A stretch of 60,741 bases of DNA from Cyanophyceae cyanobacterium (GCA_050331735.1 JBHJGN010000071.1:1-60741); one strand, 5' to 3'. Counted from the first letter of the stretch, positions 50,580 through 60,605 are shown. Program-made: numbers and translations. Notes: a model not told the origin generated them from the letters alone.

Positions 50580-52245
50580 TATTGGCTCAATTCGTCGCCT
50601 CCCTGCTCAAACGCCCCCAGAGCTACCTCCTCGCGAAGACCTACCGCAACTGCCTCGCCCGATTCCTCCAGAGGATGAGATTCCTGAAGAATCGCCGCAG
50701 CTTCCTCCCCCCGAAGAACTCCTCCCGCCCGATTCGCCAGCTCCCTCAGATCTCCCCGCTATTCCCGGAACGATCACCGTTAATCAGTTTCAGGTCGTCG
50801 GCAGCACAATCTTTACCGACGAACAGCTAGCAGCAGCCACCGAGCCGTTTGAGGATCGCCCCCTCTCGTTTGCGGAACTGCTTCAGGCTCGCTCAGCGAT
50901 AACTCAGCTCTACGTTAATAACGGCTACGTCACCTCAGGCGCAATCATTCCGCCCCAAGAAATCGCAGAGGGTACCGTCAGAATTGACGTCGTGGAAGGG
51001 GCTTTGGCCGAAACCAACGTGGACATTGAAGGAAGACTCGACCCAGACTATATCAGCGATCGCCTGGCGCTGGCCACTCAAGTGCCCTTAAACGTGCCTC
51101 GCCTGGTAGAAGCGCTTCAGTTACTTCAGCTTAACCCTCTGGTGGAGAGAATTTCAGCAGAACTCTCGGCGGGGGTTCGACCGGGAACCAGTGTCTTGGA
51201 TGTGGAAGTAGAAATTGCCGATACCTTTAGTACCCAAATCGCTTTAGATAACGGTCGTTCTCCCAGCGTTGGCAGCTTTCGCCGCCAGGTGGAGCTCACC
51301 GAAGCCAATTTGCTCGGCTTAGGAGATAATTTTAGAGCCACCTACCGCAATACCGACGGCAGCAACGACTTTGACGTAGCCTACACGATCCCCGTTAATG
51401 CCCGCAACGGCACGTTTGCCCTCAGCTATCGCAAGGTGGGCAGTGAAGTCGTAGAAGAGCCCTTCGATTTTCTTAATATCGAATCAGAGTTCGACCGCTA
51501 CGAACTCACGCTCCGTCAACCCGTCATCCAGAAACCCACACAGGAGCTAACCCTTGGCCTGAGCGCCGAGCGGACTGCCAGCGTCGTGACCTTTTTAGAC
51601 GAAGAAGTGGGGTTTCCCGAATCAGGAGAAGGAATTACGCGACTAACGACCCTGCGCTTCTTTCAGGAATGGCTCCAGCGCGGTCAACAGCAGGTGTTTG
51701 CTGCGCGATCACAGTTTAGCGTTGGGTTGGATGCCCTCGATGCGACCACCAGCGATGAAGCTCCCGACGGGCGCTATTTTGCCTGGCGCGGACAGGCTCA
51801 ATGGGTCAGGCAGCTAGCAGCAGATACGTTAGTGTTAGTCCGCAGCGACTTACAGTTAACCGACGACAACTTAGTAGCGCTCGAACAGTTCGGCTTGGGA
51901 GGCATTGGCAGCGTGAGAGGGTATCGCCAGGATGCTCTGTTAGAAAATAACGGTGTTCTCGCTTCGGCTGAGGTGCGTCTTCCCATCCTGCGGGTTCCCT
52001 CTCAAGACATGGTGCTACAGGTAGTTCCCTTTGTCGATTTTGGAACCGTCTGGGGTCGGTCTGATGACGAATTTAGCCCAGATACGGATACCCTGGCGGC
52101 GATCGGCATTGGCCTCAACTACGAGCTTGGAGAAACGTTTAGTGCCCGTTTAGATTGGGGCATTCCTCTAGTTGAGCTAGAGGCTAACGGCGATACATTG
52201 CAAGAAAACGGGATTTACTTTTCAATTATCTATACACCTTTCTAA
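50506..52245 (+). CDS. ShlB/FhaC/HecB-family TpsB outer-membrane transporter
   Basis: POTRA (ITQLYVNNGYVTSGA), DNGRSPSVG, GGIGSVRGY, C-terminal Phe; start uncertain because of a 74-nt overlap with tpsA. Confidence 0.93.
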   Translation: MILALAHPYLFLRLLLEIALVVLVSIGSIRRLPAQTPPELPPREDLPQLPRPIPPEDEIPEESPQLPPPEELLPPDSPAPSDLPAIPGTITVNQFQVVGSTIFTDEQLAAATEPFEDRPLSFAELLQARSAITQLYVNNGYVTSGAIIPPQEIAEGTVRIDVVEGALAETNVDIEGRLDPDYISDRLALATQVPLNVPRLVEALQLLQLNPLVERISAELSAGVRPGTSVLDVEVEIADTFSTQIALDNGRSPSVGSFRRQVELTEANLLGLGDNFRATYRNTDGSNDFDVAYTIPVNARNGTFALSYRKVGSEVVEEPFDFLNIESEFDRYELTLRQPVIQKPTQELTLGLSAERTASVVTFLDEEVGFPESGEGITRLTTLRFFQEWLQRGQQQVFAARSQFSVGLDALDATTSDEAPDGRYFAWRGQAQWVRQLAADTLVLVRSDLQLTDDNLVALEQFGLGGIGSVRGYRQDALLENNGVLASAEVRLPILRVPSQDMVLQVVPFVDFGTVWGRSDDEFSPDTDTLAAIGIGLNYELGETFSARLDWGIPLVELEANGDTLQENGIYFSIIYTPF

Positions 52246-52497
52246 ACCGGAAATTTCAGTAGATTTACGGAGTATAGAAGAGCAGGATTGATTGTAGCAT
52301 TGATCCGTTCAATTCTGAGGAGACAACACGATTGAAGCTGCCAACGAAGGGATAAAGTGCCGCTAGCGGGAGTGAGGGAGCTATCCTACACGAGGAAAAC
52401 CTAGGGAGTTGCTAATGGCCTTTCTCCTGCCTTTGCGATCGCTCGGCGACTAATCCCTCTTTTATTCAGATTGCCTTGGGCAAAACATCTAAGCCTC

Positions 52498-55026
52498 ATG
52501 TTTTTTCGTCATTTATTCAAGCTCGCTTTGTTAGCGATACTGGGCTTGGCGATTAGCTTAACGTCAGTGATTGGCTCTAACAGTTGGGCCGGACAACCAG
52601 TCGAGCAGCAGGGACTCGAACTCTATCAAAATGCCCAGTTTCAAGAAGCCGCTCAGTTTTGGCAGCAGGCCATTCAAGAATATCAAACCACCGGCAACCG
52701 CTTCGGCCAGGCCAGAGTTTTGAGTAATTTATCTCTGGCCTATCAGCAGTTAGGGCAATGGCAGCAGGCACAAACCGCCGTCAGGCAAGGCCTAGAGCTG
52801 CTGCAATCAGCGGTGAGGGATTCTGATTCTTTGGCCTTTACCAGAACCATGGCCCAGGCCCTCAATACCCTGGGAAAATTGCAGTTAGCTCTAGGTCAGG
52901 CCGAGACAGCGCTGAATACCTGGCAGCAAGCAGCAGACTACTACGCTCAAGCTAATAACGTCACCGGGGTAGTGCAAAGCCAGCTCAATCAGGCGGAGGC
53001 ATTACAGCGACTCGGACTCTATCGCCGCGCTTTCAAGCAGCTTCTGGAGGTAGAGCCGCAGCTCGAGACTCAGCCACCAACGGTTAGGGCAGTCGGGCTC
53101 AGAAGCCTGGGAGATCTGCTGCGGCTTACTGGCAACGTGGAGCGATCACGTCAGGTGTTAGAGGACAGTTTAGCCGTGAAAGGGATCGACCCCAATGAAA
53201 GGGCTGCTACTCTCCTCAGCTTAGGCAATACCGTTCGCGCTCAAGCTGATGTCCAAGAAGCTCTTGACACCTATCAACAGGCAGCCAATCGAGCCACTAC
53301 CCCCAGTCTCCGCGCCACTGTTCGTCTCAGCCAGTTTAGCCTGCTGTTGGATTTAGAGCGGTGGCAAGCGGCGGCGGCGCTCTGGCCTCAGATTGGCTCA
53401 GAAATTGCTCAGCTTCCCCTCAGTCATGCATCGATCCATGCCCGGATCCATTTTGCCCATAGCTTAACCCGCCTGAAAGCAGGATTAACGACGGCGGATG
53501 GTCCCTCTTGGCAGTCGATTACTCAATACCTAACGGACTCTGTTCAACAGGCTAGGGCCCTCGATGACGCGAGAGATTTATCTTACGCTCAAGGCTTCCT
53601 CGGTGAAGTTTATGCCCAGACCGAGCGGTGGGAGGAAGCGCAGGAATGGCTAGAAAAAGCTCTATTGTTAGCCCAGGCGGCGCGAGCGCCGGATGTTGTT
53701 TACCGCTGGCAGTGGCAACTGGGTAAAGTGCTCAACGCTCAAGGACAACGGCTCCAGGCGATCGCTGCCTATCAAGAAGCGGTGAACACCCTCGACTCGC
53801 TGCGCAGCGATTTAGCCGCCGTTGACCTCAATCTCCAGTTTTCTTTTCAAGAGAGCATTGAGCCTATCTATCGCGAGCTGGTCAGCTTACTGCTCCAGCC
53901 AGAGGCCGATGAAATCCCTCAGCAGAATCTAGCACAAGCCCGCGACGTGATTGAATCGTTTCGCGTTGTTGAACTCGATAATTTTTTGCGCCAAGCCTGT
54001 GTAACGGCTGAGCCAGTCGAGATTGAGCAACTCGATCCCCAGGCAGCAGTTATCTATCCGATTATTTTGAGCGATCGCCTAGAAATCATCGTTTCTTTCC
54101 CCGATCTTCCCCTGCGTCACTATACCAGCTCGGTCTCAGCAGCCCAACTCGAAGCGGTCATTGAGGAGCTGCGAGTTGGGCTTGTGATTCGCAGCCGACG
54201 ACTATTTTATGCTCCAGCGCAGCAGCTCTACGATTGGCTGCTGCGACCGATGGCGGCAGATTTAGCTAACAGTGACGTCAACACTCTGGTCTTTGTTTTG
54301 GATGGCTCTCTGCGCAACGTCCCAATGGCGACTCTACACGACGGCGAACACTACCTCCTCGAACAGTACAGCTTGGCCCTCAGTCCAGGGCTGCGACTGT
54401 TGCCGCCCACGACTCTAGAACCAACGGCCATCAAAACGTTAATGGCCGGAGTTTCTGAGGCCAGTCAAGGCTTTTCTTCTCTTAACCATGTTGTTCTCGA
54501 GCTCCAGGAGATTGCAGAAACAGCGACTAAAAGCGTTGTCTTACTCAACGAAGAATTCACCGAAGACGCCCTCAGCAATCAAGTGAGGTTTTCCGAGCTG
54601 CCCATTGTTCACATTGCCACTCACGGACAGTTCAGCTCTAGTTTACAAGAGACTTATATCTTAGCCTGGGACAGCCGCATCAACATCCGCGAGTTAAACG
54701 AGCTGCTTCAGACGAGAACCGCCACTGACGCGATTGAACTGCTTGTCCTCAGTGCCTGCGAGACGGCGATTGGAGATAAACGAGCCGCTCTTGGTTTAGC
54801 AGGAGTTGCTGTTCAGGCGGGAACCAGAAGTACCGCCGCTACCCTGTGGGCTGTGAATGATGAAGCTACGGCCCTCCTCATGGGTCAGTTTTACGAGGAA
54901 TTGACCAATCAGCAGACTACCAAAGCAGAAGCGTTAAGACAAGCGCAGCTCAAGCTGCTGCAAAATCGCTGGTACAGACACCCGTTTTACTGGGCTCCCT
55001 ATGTTCTCATTGGGAATTGGCTGTAG
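52498..55026 (+). CDS. exported TPR-CHAT domain protease (caspase/HetF-like clan)
   Basis: Signal peptide, TPR repeats, catalytic HIATHG and LVLSAC, LWAVND, HPFYWAPYVLIGNWL. Confidence 0.95.
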   Translation: MFFRHLFKLALLAILGLAISLTSVIGSNSWAGQPVEQQGLELYQNAQFQEAAQFWQQAIQEYQTTGNRFGQARVLSNLSLAYQQLGQWQQAQTAVRQGLELLQSAVRDSDSLAFTRTMAQALNTLGKLQLALGQAETALNTWQQAADYYAQANNVTGVVQSQLNQAEALQRLGLYRRAFKQLLEVEPQLETQPPTVRAVGLRSLGDLLRLTGNVERSRQVLEDSLAVKGIDPNERAATLLSLGNTVRAQADVQEALDTYQQAANRATTPSLRATVRLSQFSLLLDLERWQAAAALWPQIGSEIAQLPLSHASIHARIHFAHSLTRLKAGLTTADGPSWQSITQYLTDSVQQARALDDARDLSYAQGFLGEVYAQTERWEEAQEWLEKALLLAQAARAPDVVYRWQWQLGKVLNAQGQRLQAIAAYQEAVNTLDSLRSDLAAVDLNLQFSFQESIEPIYRELVSLLLQPEADEIPQQNLAQARDVIESFRVVELDNFLRQACVTAEPVEIEQLDPQAAVIYPIILSDRLEIIVSFPDLPLRHYTSSVSAAQLEAVIEELRVGLVIRSRRLFYAPAQQLYDWLLRPMAADLANSDVNTLVFVLDGSLRNVPMATLHDGEHYLLEQYSLALSPGLRLLPPTTLEPTAIKTLMAGVSEASQGFSSLNHVVLELQEIAETATKSVVLLNEEFTEDALSNQVRFSELPIVHIATHGQFSSSLQETYILAWDSRINIRELNELLQTRTATDAIELLVLSACETAIGDKRAALGLAGVAVQAGTRSTAATLWAVNDEATALLMGQFYEELTNQQTTKAEALRQAQLKLLQNRWYRHPFYWAPYVLIGNWL

Positions 55027-55099
55027 CGGAAGCTGTTGGCTATTAGCTATTAGCAATGGGCTAGCGGCGACTCTAATAGTTTGTTTGGGGAACTATTTG

Positions 55100-55193
55100 A
55101 TATGAAATTGCTTAACGTTTGCTACAAATGATAGGCAGGGGGCAGGAGGGTGAGAGAAAACGCATCTGTAGCATTTTTTCTGCTATTTCATAT
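55100..55193. repeat. hairpin/MITE-like element (single copy in window)
   Basis: 27-nt imperfect inverted arms (20/27) ATATGAAATTGCTTAACGTTTGCTACA ... TGTAGCATTTTTTCTGCTATTTCATAT around GGCAGGG-type heptamers. Confidence 0.55.
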
Positions 55194-55279
55194 GACCTAC
55201 TTTTGGTAAATGGTATGATGTGCTCGCTGAGCCTCAATTGCTTTTAAAATAGGAAGTCTGCTTAGAACAGTCTCGACTG

Positions 55280-55765
55280 ATGAAAAAAACAAATGCGGTT
55301 CGCCTGCTAGATAATCTGGGGATTGAATATCAGTTGCTGACATACTCAGTAGATCCCGATGATTTAGCAGCTCAGAGTGCGGCTGCTAAGTTAGACTTTC
55401 CTCCCGAACAGCTCTTTAAAACCTTAGTCGCTCGCGGTAGCCAAGTCGGAGTCTGTTTTGCCGTCGTTCCGGCCAATGTCCAACTGAGTTTTAAAGCTTT
55501 AGCCAAGCTAGCAGGCGATCGTAAACTGGAAACAGTGCCGTTAAAAGCAGTACAGTCCTTAACTGGATACATTCGCGGTGGCGTGACGGCACTAGCAGCT
55601 AGAAAAAATTATCCAGTCTACATCGATGAAACTTGCCAACATTTTGAAAAAATTGCTGTATCGGCAGGAGTTCGGGGTATGCTGATTCAGTTAGCGCCTG
55701 CCGACTATATTCGGGCAACCCAGGGAATGCTTGGGGCGATCGCCATAGCAGTGACCAGTGATTAA
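55280..55765 (+). CDS. ybaK: Cys-tRNA(Pro) deacylase
   Basis: KTNAVRLLD, FKTLV, TGYIRGGVT, VSAGVRG. Confidence 0.93.
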   Translation: MKKTNAVRLLDNLGIEYQLLTYSVDPDDLAAQSAAAKLDFPPEQLFKTLVARGSQVGVCFAVVPANVQLSFKALAKLAGDRKLETVPLKAVQSLTGYIRGGVTALAARKNYPVYIDETCQHFEKIAVSAGVRGMLIQLAPADYIRATQGMLGAIAIAVTSD

Positions 55766-55796
55766 TGAGTAGATTAACTAGATAATTGGGGAAGTA

Positions 55797-55925
55797 ATAC
55801 CATTTACCGAAAGTAGTCAGATAGTTCCCAAACGAACCAAGAATTGGAGGTTCAAGGGCAAAGAGCTGCTGTGCTTCCCTTTCCCCCAACTCATCAAGTC
55901 TCCTATTACTTTTTCTAATTGGTAT
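55797..55925 (+). mobile_element. MITE-like element family A, copy 2
   Basis: Near-identical to 3147-3283 with one fewer TTTCCCC unit. Confidence 0.85.
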
Positions 55926-55997
55926 AACTCACTCAGGACTGACAAGCGACAACTGGTCACTGCTATAACTGGTAACTGATACAACTGGTAACTGGAA

Positions 55998-56630
55998 ATG
56001 GCTAAACTTTCGGTAGAACTGCAACGGTACTTTTTAGAAGAAGAACGACAGCCTCAGGTCAGACTGGCCGATATCCTGTCTTTGGCGGGGGAACGGGTGT
56101 TTGGGTTCCTGTTTGTCCTGATTTCTATTCCTTCGGCCTTGCCGATTCCGGCAGCGGGTTACTCCATTCCTTTTGCCATTATTATCTTTGTCTTAGCCGT
56201 TCAGCTCATTGCCGGAGCCAAACGTCCTTGGCTGCCGCAACGAATGATGAATAGCTCGCTGCCGCTTGTGAAGGTGCGCAGCTTTGTGAAATCGGCCATT
56301 CCGTGGCTGCGGCGAATCGAGGCCTTAGCGCGTCCGCGTCTGACCTATGTATGCGCCAGCTTACCGGGGCGAATACTTCTCGGAGTAGCGATCGCGCTGA
56401 TGTCTGTATCAATGATGATTCCGATCCCGCTGACGAATACTTTGCCAGCGATCGGCATTTTTGTCACTGCCTTTGGTCTGACCGAAGATGATGGCTTCAT
56501 CTGCCTTGCTGGTTTGGCTATTTGTGTTCTCGGAGCCACTGTTACCACTTCGGTACTCGTGCTGGGGGCGGCGGCTGTTTATCAGGGAATTGATTTCCTC
56601 AAAGAATGGTTACAGACATTGCTATCTTGA
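55998..56630 (+). CDS. exoD: ExoD-family exopolysaccharide synthesis protein
   Basis: PSALPIP, PWLP, RPRL, PIPLTNTLPA, EDDG. Confidence 0.9.
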   Translation: MAKLSVELQRYFLEEERQPQVRLADILSLAGERVFGFLFVLISIPSALPIPAAGYSIPFAIIIFVLAVQLIAGAKRPWLPQRMMNSSLPLVKVRSFVKSAIPWLRRIEALARPRLTYVCASLPGRILLGVAIALMSVSMMIPIPLTNTLPAIGIFVTAFGLTEDDGFICLAGLAICVLGATVTTSVLVLGAAAVYQGIDFLKEWLQTLLS

Positions 56631-56901
56631 GCTTTTGGCCAGCGCTCGTTTCGTGACATCAAGCTGTGAATCGGGGAAAATATCAAATCCGCGTGATTAG
56701 TGCTTAGCAAAGAGGAGCTGGATTTGATTAGTGGTCAAGGATTAGTCGTTAGCGACGAAGATGATTTCCACTCACTACCCCGTCTAGCTTACTGTTCAAC
56801 TGCTTGTAAGACTATAGCGATTTAAACGGACGAAGGAGATTGGCACCAGTCTTTTCACTTGCGGGTTTTGTATAATATAATAATTAATCGTGGTATTAAA
56901 T

Positions 56902-56986
56902 GGGTCGATGCCCGAGTGGTTAATGGGGGCGGACTGTAAATCCGCTGGCTATGCCTACGCTGGTTCAAATCCAGCTCGGCCCACCA
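56902..56986 (+). tRNA. trnY: tRNA-Tyr(GTA)
   Basis: GGGTCGA acceptor stem, CTGTAAA anticodon loop, long variable arm, TTCAAATC, encoded CCA. Confidence 0.98.
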
Positions 56987-57014
56987 CCCAAATTTAGTTT
57001 TTTGGTATTGTTTT

Positions 57015-57086
57015 GCCCGTGTAGCTCAGCGGTAGAGCACACCCTTGGTAAGGGTGAGGTCACGAGTTCAAGTCTCGTCACGGGCT
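57015..57086 (+). tRNA. trnT: tRNA-Thr(GGT)
   Basis: GCCCGTG/CACGGGC acceptor stem, TTGGTAA anticodon loop, TTCAAGT T-loop; CCA not encoded. Confidence 0.98.
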
Positions 57087-57188
57087 TTCAACACATCAGG
57101 GAAAACGAGCTCCTGGAGATTGATGCAGAGCCTAGGGAGCCAATTTCTAGCAAGGGGTGTTGGGGTAATATGGAGTAGTTTAGAGCGA

Positions 57189-57261
57189 AAACTGACCCTA
57201 AACTGACCCGATGAAAAACAGATCAAATACGGAAACTAACCCGATTTTGAAAAACTGACCT
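57189..57261 (+). repeat. four 10-bp direct repeats resembling integrase arm sites
   Basis: AAACTGACCC (57189, 57200), AAACTAACCC (57233), AAACTGACCT (57252), about 100 bp downstream of tRNA-Thr. Confidence 0.7.
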
Positions 57262-57372
57262 CCCAAAAGCCAACAGCTATTTGAAAAACAACGCAGCTTC
57301 TCAAGCCGTCACGATCTAACCTGTTAACATCTTAGATAGCTCGGTTTCCAGCCTGTTCGCTCTCCTTGAGAA

Positions 57373-59751
57373 ATGCCCTTGGACTTAAATTCTTTGACTG
57401 CCAATCCATCAGCCTCCCTTGCCCCCCTAGCAACGTACCAGGAACTGAACGAATTAGTTCGCAGTCTACGCCCAGGACAGCAAAGCCTAGCCAACTGGCA
57501 GGGGGGACAGATGGCAGTTTCGGCAGTGCCTGGGGCAGGCAAATCCCATAGCCTAGCTGTCGCTGCTGCCCTGGCAATCGCCCGTTACCGACTGCACCCT
57601 CGCCGACAGTTGATGATTGTGACCTACACCCGGTCGGCGGCGGCCTCGATTAAAGCGAAGGTGCGCGATCGCCTCCAAGCGCTTAGGCTTCCTGCCGGGG
57701 GGTTTGCTGTACAAACGCTGCACGGCTTAGCGCTCAACATCGCCAGTCGCCATGCAGAACTCTCGCGGCTCGATCTCGATACCGCCACGCTGGTTACACC
57801 CAATACTAGCCATCGCCTAGTGAGAACCTGCGTTGAACAGTGGGTGAAGGCCACCCCCCAGCGCTATCAAACTCTACTAGCAGGAGTTCAGTTCGACGGC
57901 GAAGAAACCGAACGGCTACGCCGCCAGTCGGTGCTGCGGACCGAAGTGTTGCCGAGTTTGCTGCATACGGTGGTGCGGGAAGCAAAAAGTTCTGGGCTAC
58001 GCCCGGAAGATCTCTGGGAATTAAGCCACCAAACCACCGATGAATATCAAATTTTGGCGATCGCGGCTGGACTCTACGAACACTATCAAACCTTGATGTC
58101 TGCTCGTAGCCTGATCGACTACGACGAGATGATTCTCGCGGCACTGCGGGTGTTAGAAAACGCTCCGGTACGTCAACTGTGGCAGAAACAGGTCTTTGCG
58201 GTGTTTGAAGATGAAGCCCAAGACTCTAGCCCTCTCCAAGAACAGCTCATCTCTATTCTTGCTAGAGATCCCGAAGGACTCGCTCCTCCCAATTTAGTCC
58301 GCGTCGGCGATCCTAATCAGGCGATCAACTCCACCTTTACCCCGGCTGATCCGATTTATTTCAACTGGTTCTGCGATCTTTGCGAGCAACAGGGAAACCT
58401 CGCCACTATGGACCAAGCCGGACGCAGTAGCCAGACAATTATCGATGCTGCTAATTTTGCTCTTCAGTGGGTCAATCATACTTGGAAAGCTCAAGCTCAG
58501 AAACAATCTCCAGAGCACCAAATCTTATCGGAATTAGGCATTCCTCAACAGAACTTGGAATTTTCTCCGTTCCGTCTCCAAAAAATTCAGCCCGTTGCCA
58601 CTGACGATCCGCAACTGGATGCTAATCCAGACCCTGTTGGTCGCGGAGTCGAAATTTACACTCCAGACGACATCTACCAATCAATCGAGCTGATTGGTGA
58701 GCGCGTCAGACAGTTGTTCGCTGAAAACGCCAAAAATGCCGCTATTTTAGTGCGGGAGAATCGCCAAGGACGCTTCGTCGCTCAACAGCTCGCCTTTCTG
58801 CAGCGGGAGCACGATATTAGAGTCTATGAAGTTGGAGAGGTTGAGCGCCATTCCCACATTCCCGCAGAAATTCTGAAGCTACTGCAATTTCTCGACCGTC
58901 CCCACTCCCCCGACTATCTCAAAGCGGCCCTAGAAGTTCTCGAAAAGCGTCAGCTAATTGTGGCGCAAGATCTCAACGCGTTAGCCACCGCCCCTGAACA
59001 ATTCCTTTATCCTGGTCCGCTCGCACCTCCCCAAAAGCCCCAGGTCGAACAGGCTCGGCGCTACTGCTGTAACCTGCTGCGGGCCAGAATCGAACTGCCG
59101 CACTACCAGCTCATTACCTTTTTAGGCATGACCCTTCAATTTACCGGCTCAGAACTAGCTACTGTGCAAAAACTAGCAGAACGAGTGAACCAGCAGATCG
59201 TTGGCAACAGTTCTTTAAAAACCACCCTTGCTGTCCTGCATGAAATTGTTGATTCGGAGCGTTTTGAAGGCGTCGAAGAAGACAATGACGACCAATATAC
59301 GCGCTCTAGTCAACTGACGATCATCACCATGCATAAAGCCAAAGGACTAGACTGGGATTATGTTTTTATCCCCTTTCTCCACGACGATGTATTACCTGGT
59401 CAACCCTGGGTTCCCAATGCCGCCAAGTTTCTGGGTGATTTCACGCTAGCAGACGTTGCCCGCGCCCAAATTCGTCTGGCCGTTCACTCCCAGCATCAGC
59501 ACCAAGATATCCCGCTTCCCTCACCGACCCAAGCCTGGAAAGAGGCCGAACAGCTCAAAAAAGCCGAGGAATTTCGCCTGCTCTATGTGGCGATGACGCG
59601 GGCTAAGCGCCTGCTGTGGTTGTCGGCAGCTCATCAAGGACCATTCCGCTGGAGCTTATTTAGAGGCGACGGCAGCGACAATTTACAGCCGAAAAAACCC
59701 TGTCCGGTGATTCCGGCCCTGATGCGACAGTTTCCTCAATCTGTTCAATAG
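57373..59751 (+). CDS. UvrD/REP-family ATP-dependent helicase
   Basis: AVPGAGKS, TYTRSAA, DEAQD, VGDPNQAI, TMHKAKGLDWD, RLLYVAMTRAK. Confidence 0.95.
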   Translation: MPLDLNSLTANPSASLAPLATYQELNELVRSLRPGQQSLANWQGGQMAVSAVPGAGKSHSLAVAAALAIARYRLHPRRQLMIVTYTRSAAASIKAKVRDRLQALRLPAGGFAVQTLHGLALNIASRHAELSRLDLDTATLVTPNTSHRLVRTCVEQWVKATPQRYQTLLAGVQFDGEETERLRRQSVLRTEVLPSLLHTVVREAKSSGLRPEDLWELSHQTTDEYQILAIAAGLYEHYQTLMSARSLIDYDEMILAALRVLENAPVRQLWQKQVFAVFEDEAQDSSPLQEQLISILARDPEGLAPPNLVRVGDPNQAINSTFTPADPIYFNWFCDLCEQQGNLATMDQAGRSSQTIIDAANFALQWVNHTWKAQAQKQSPEHQILSELGIPQQNLEFSPFRLQKIQPVATDDPQLDANPDPVGRGVEIYTPDDIYQSIELIGERVRQLFAENAKNAAILVRENRQGRFVAQQLAFLQREHDIRVYEVGEVERHSHIPAEILKLLQFLDRPHSPDYLKAALEVLEKRQLIVAQDLNALATAPEQFLYPGPLAPPQKPQVEQARRYCCNLLRARIELPHYQLITFLGMTLQFTGSELATVQKLAERVNQQIVGNSSLKTTLAVLHEIVDSERFEGVEEDNDDQYTRSSQLTIITMHKAKGLDWDYVFIPFLHDDVLPGQPWVPNAAKFLGDFTLADVARAQIRLAVHSQHQHQDIPLPSPTQAWKEAEQLKKAEEFRLLYVAMTRAKRLLWLSAAHQGPFRWSLFRGDGSDNLQPKKPCPVIPALMRQFPQSVQ

Positions 59752-59907
59752 TGGCAGCAGATTGGTCCTACTGCGTCTAATTTCTAGCTCCGTCTTCAAA
59801 ATGGACTTGTCCATTTTATTTATCAAAGTCTAAATTGACCTTGCTTCAATCCACCTCTCGGCGAAGACAAATCCTGTAACTTCATCGCTTTTTCTCGCGG
59901 CTTAGAG

Positions 59908-60129
59908 CTAAAACTCCAGCAAATATCTGAGGCTCACCGTTGTTCCTCTAGCGGCACTGCGAGACGAATCAAGGCTCTGTAATTGCGAAACGACGGGCAA
60001 ATAGTCGTTGTTGAACAAATTTTCAACACCGAGTTGCAAAGTGCCAGTGCGAAGGCGAACGCTGCTAATCAAATCGACGATGAAGTAGCTATCCACCTCT
60101 GCTAAACCAAACCCTTCTCCTTTCTGGCT
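59908..60129 (-). pseudogene. TonB-dependent receptor C-terminal fragment
   Basis: VDSYFIVDL...LQLGVENLFNNDY...ARGTTVSLRYLLEF; only ~70 codons remain. Confidence 0.85.
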
Positions 60130-60605
60130 TTAGTGACGACGGCGACAACGATACATCACCAAACCGGTGCTAAACAGTACAGCAGGAGCTACGCCAACAA
60201 ATACATAGAGAATGCGAATCGGCAAACCACCAAAAGTACCGTAGTGAAAGTCAGCAACTAACTTGGCAATTTTATTACCCAAAGATGGCTGTAACACTTT
60301 CTGCACTGCCAAAATACTGCCCGTATGACGGTCGATTGCCACACTGCTTAATCCTGACGGAAAAATATCGTCAGGATACTTTTTTTGGACGATAATTTTT
60401 CTTTCTCCTTCAAGAGCAAGAAATGTTGTTTGACTATTCGGCAGTTCTCGATTCGCTATCTGTATGGCTTCGGTAATGCCGATTGCTTCTTGCCGCGAAG
60501 AAAGTGCTACTAATTCAGTTTCCGGGGGAGAATCAAAAAATAAGCTTAAAAAAGCTGGAGAATGATGGGCCAGAATAAATAAAATTCCTGTTACGCTAAT
60601 TAATA
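60130..60605 (-). pseudogene. PepSY-associated TM protein, C-terminal half interrupted by MITE
   Basis: IDRHTGSIL, FHYGTFGGLPIRILYVFVG; the reading frame runs into MITE copy 3. Confidence 0.85.

Noticed and set aside
47910..52245. Contact-dependent inhibition (CdiAB) system
   Set aside because: TpsA is short, with no VENN-type motif, toxin domain or immunity ORF.
52498..55026. CRISPR-associated (Craspase) or antiphage role for the TPR-CHAT
   Set aside because: It has a signal peptide and no cas, gasdermin or other defence genes nearby.
55950..55995. Short heptamer runs (ACTGGTA-type; similar at 9180-9210, 14460-14485, 36357-36410)
   Set aside because: Ordinary cyanobacterial STRR-type intergenic repeats with no further structure.
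56951..57178. 75-aa ORF
   Set aside because: Overlaps both tRNA genes.
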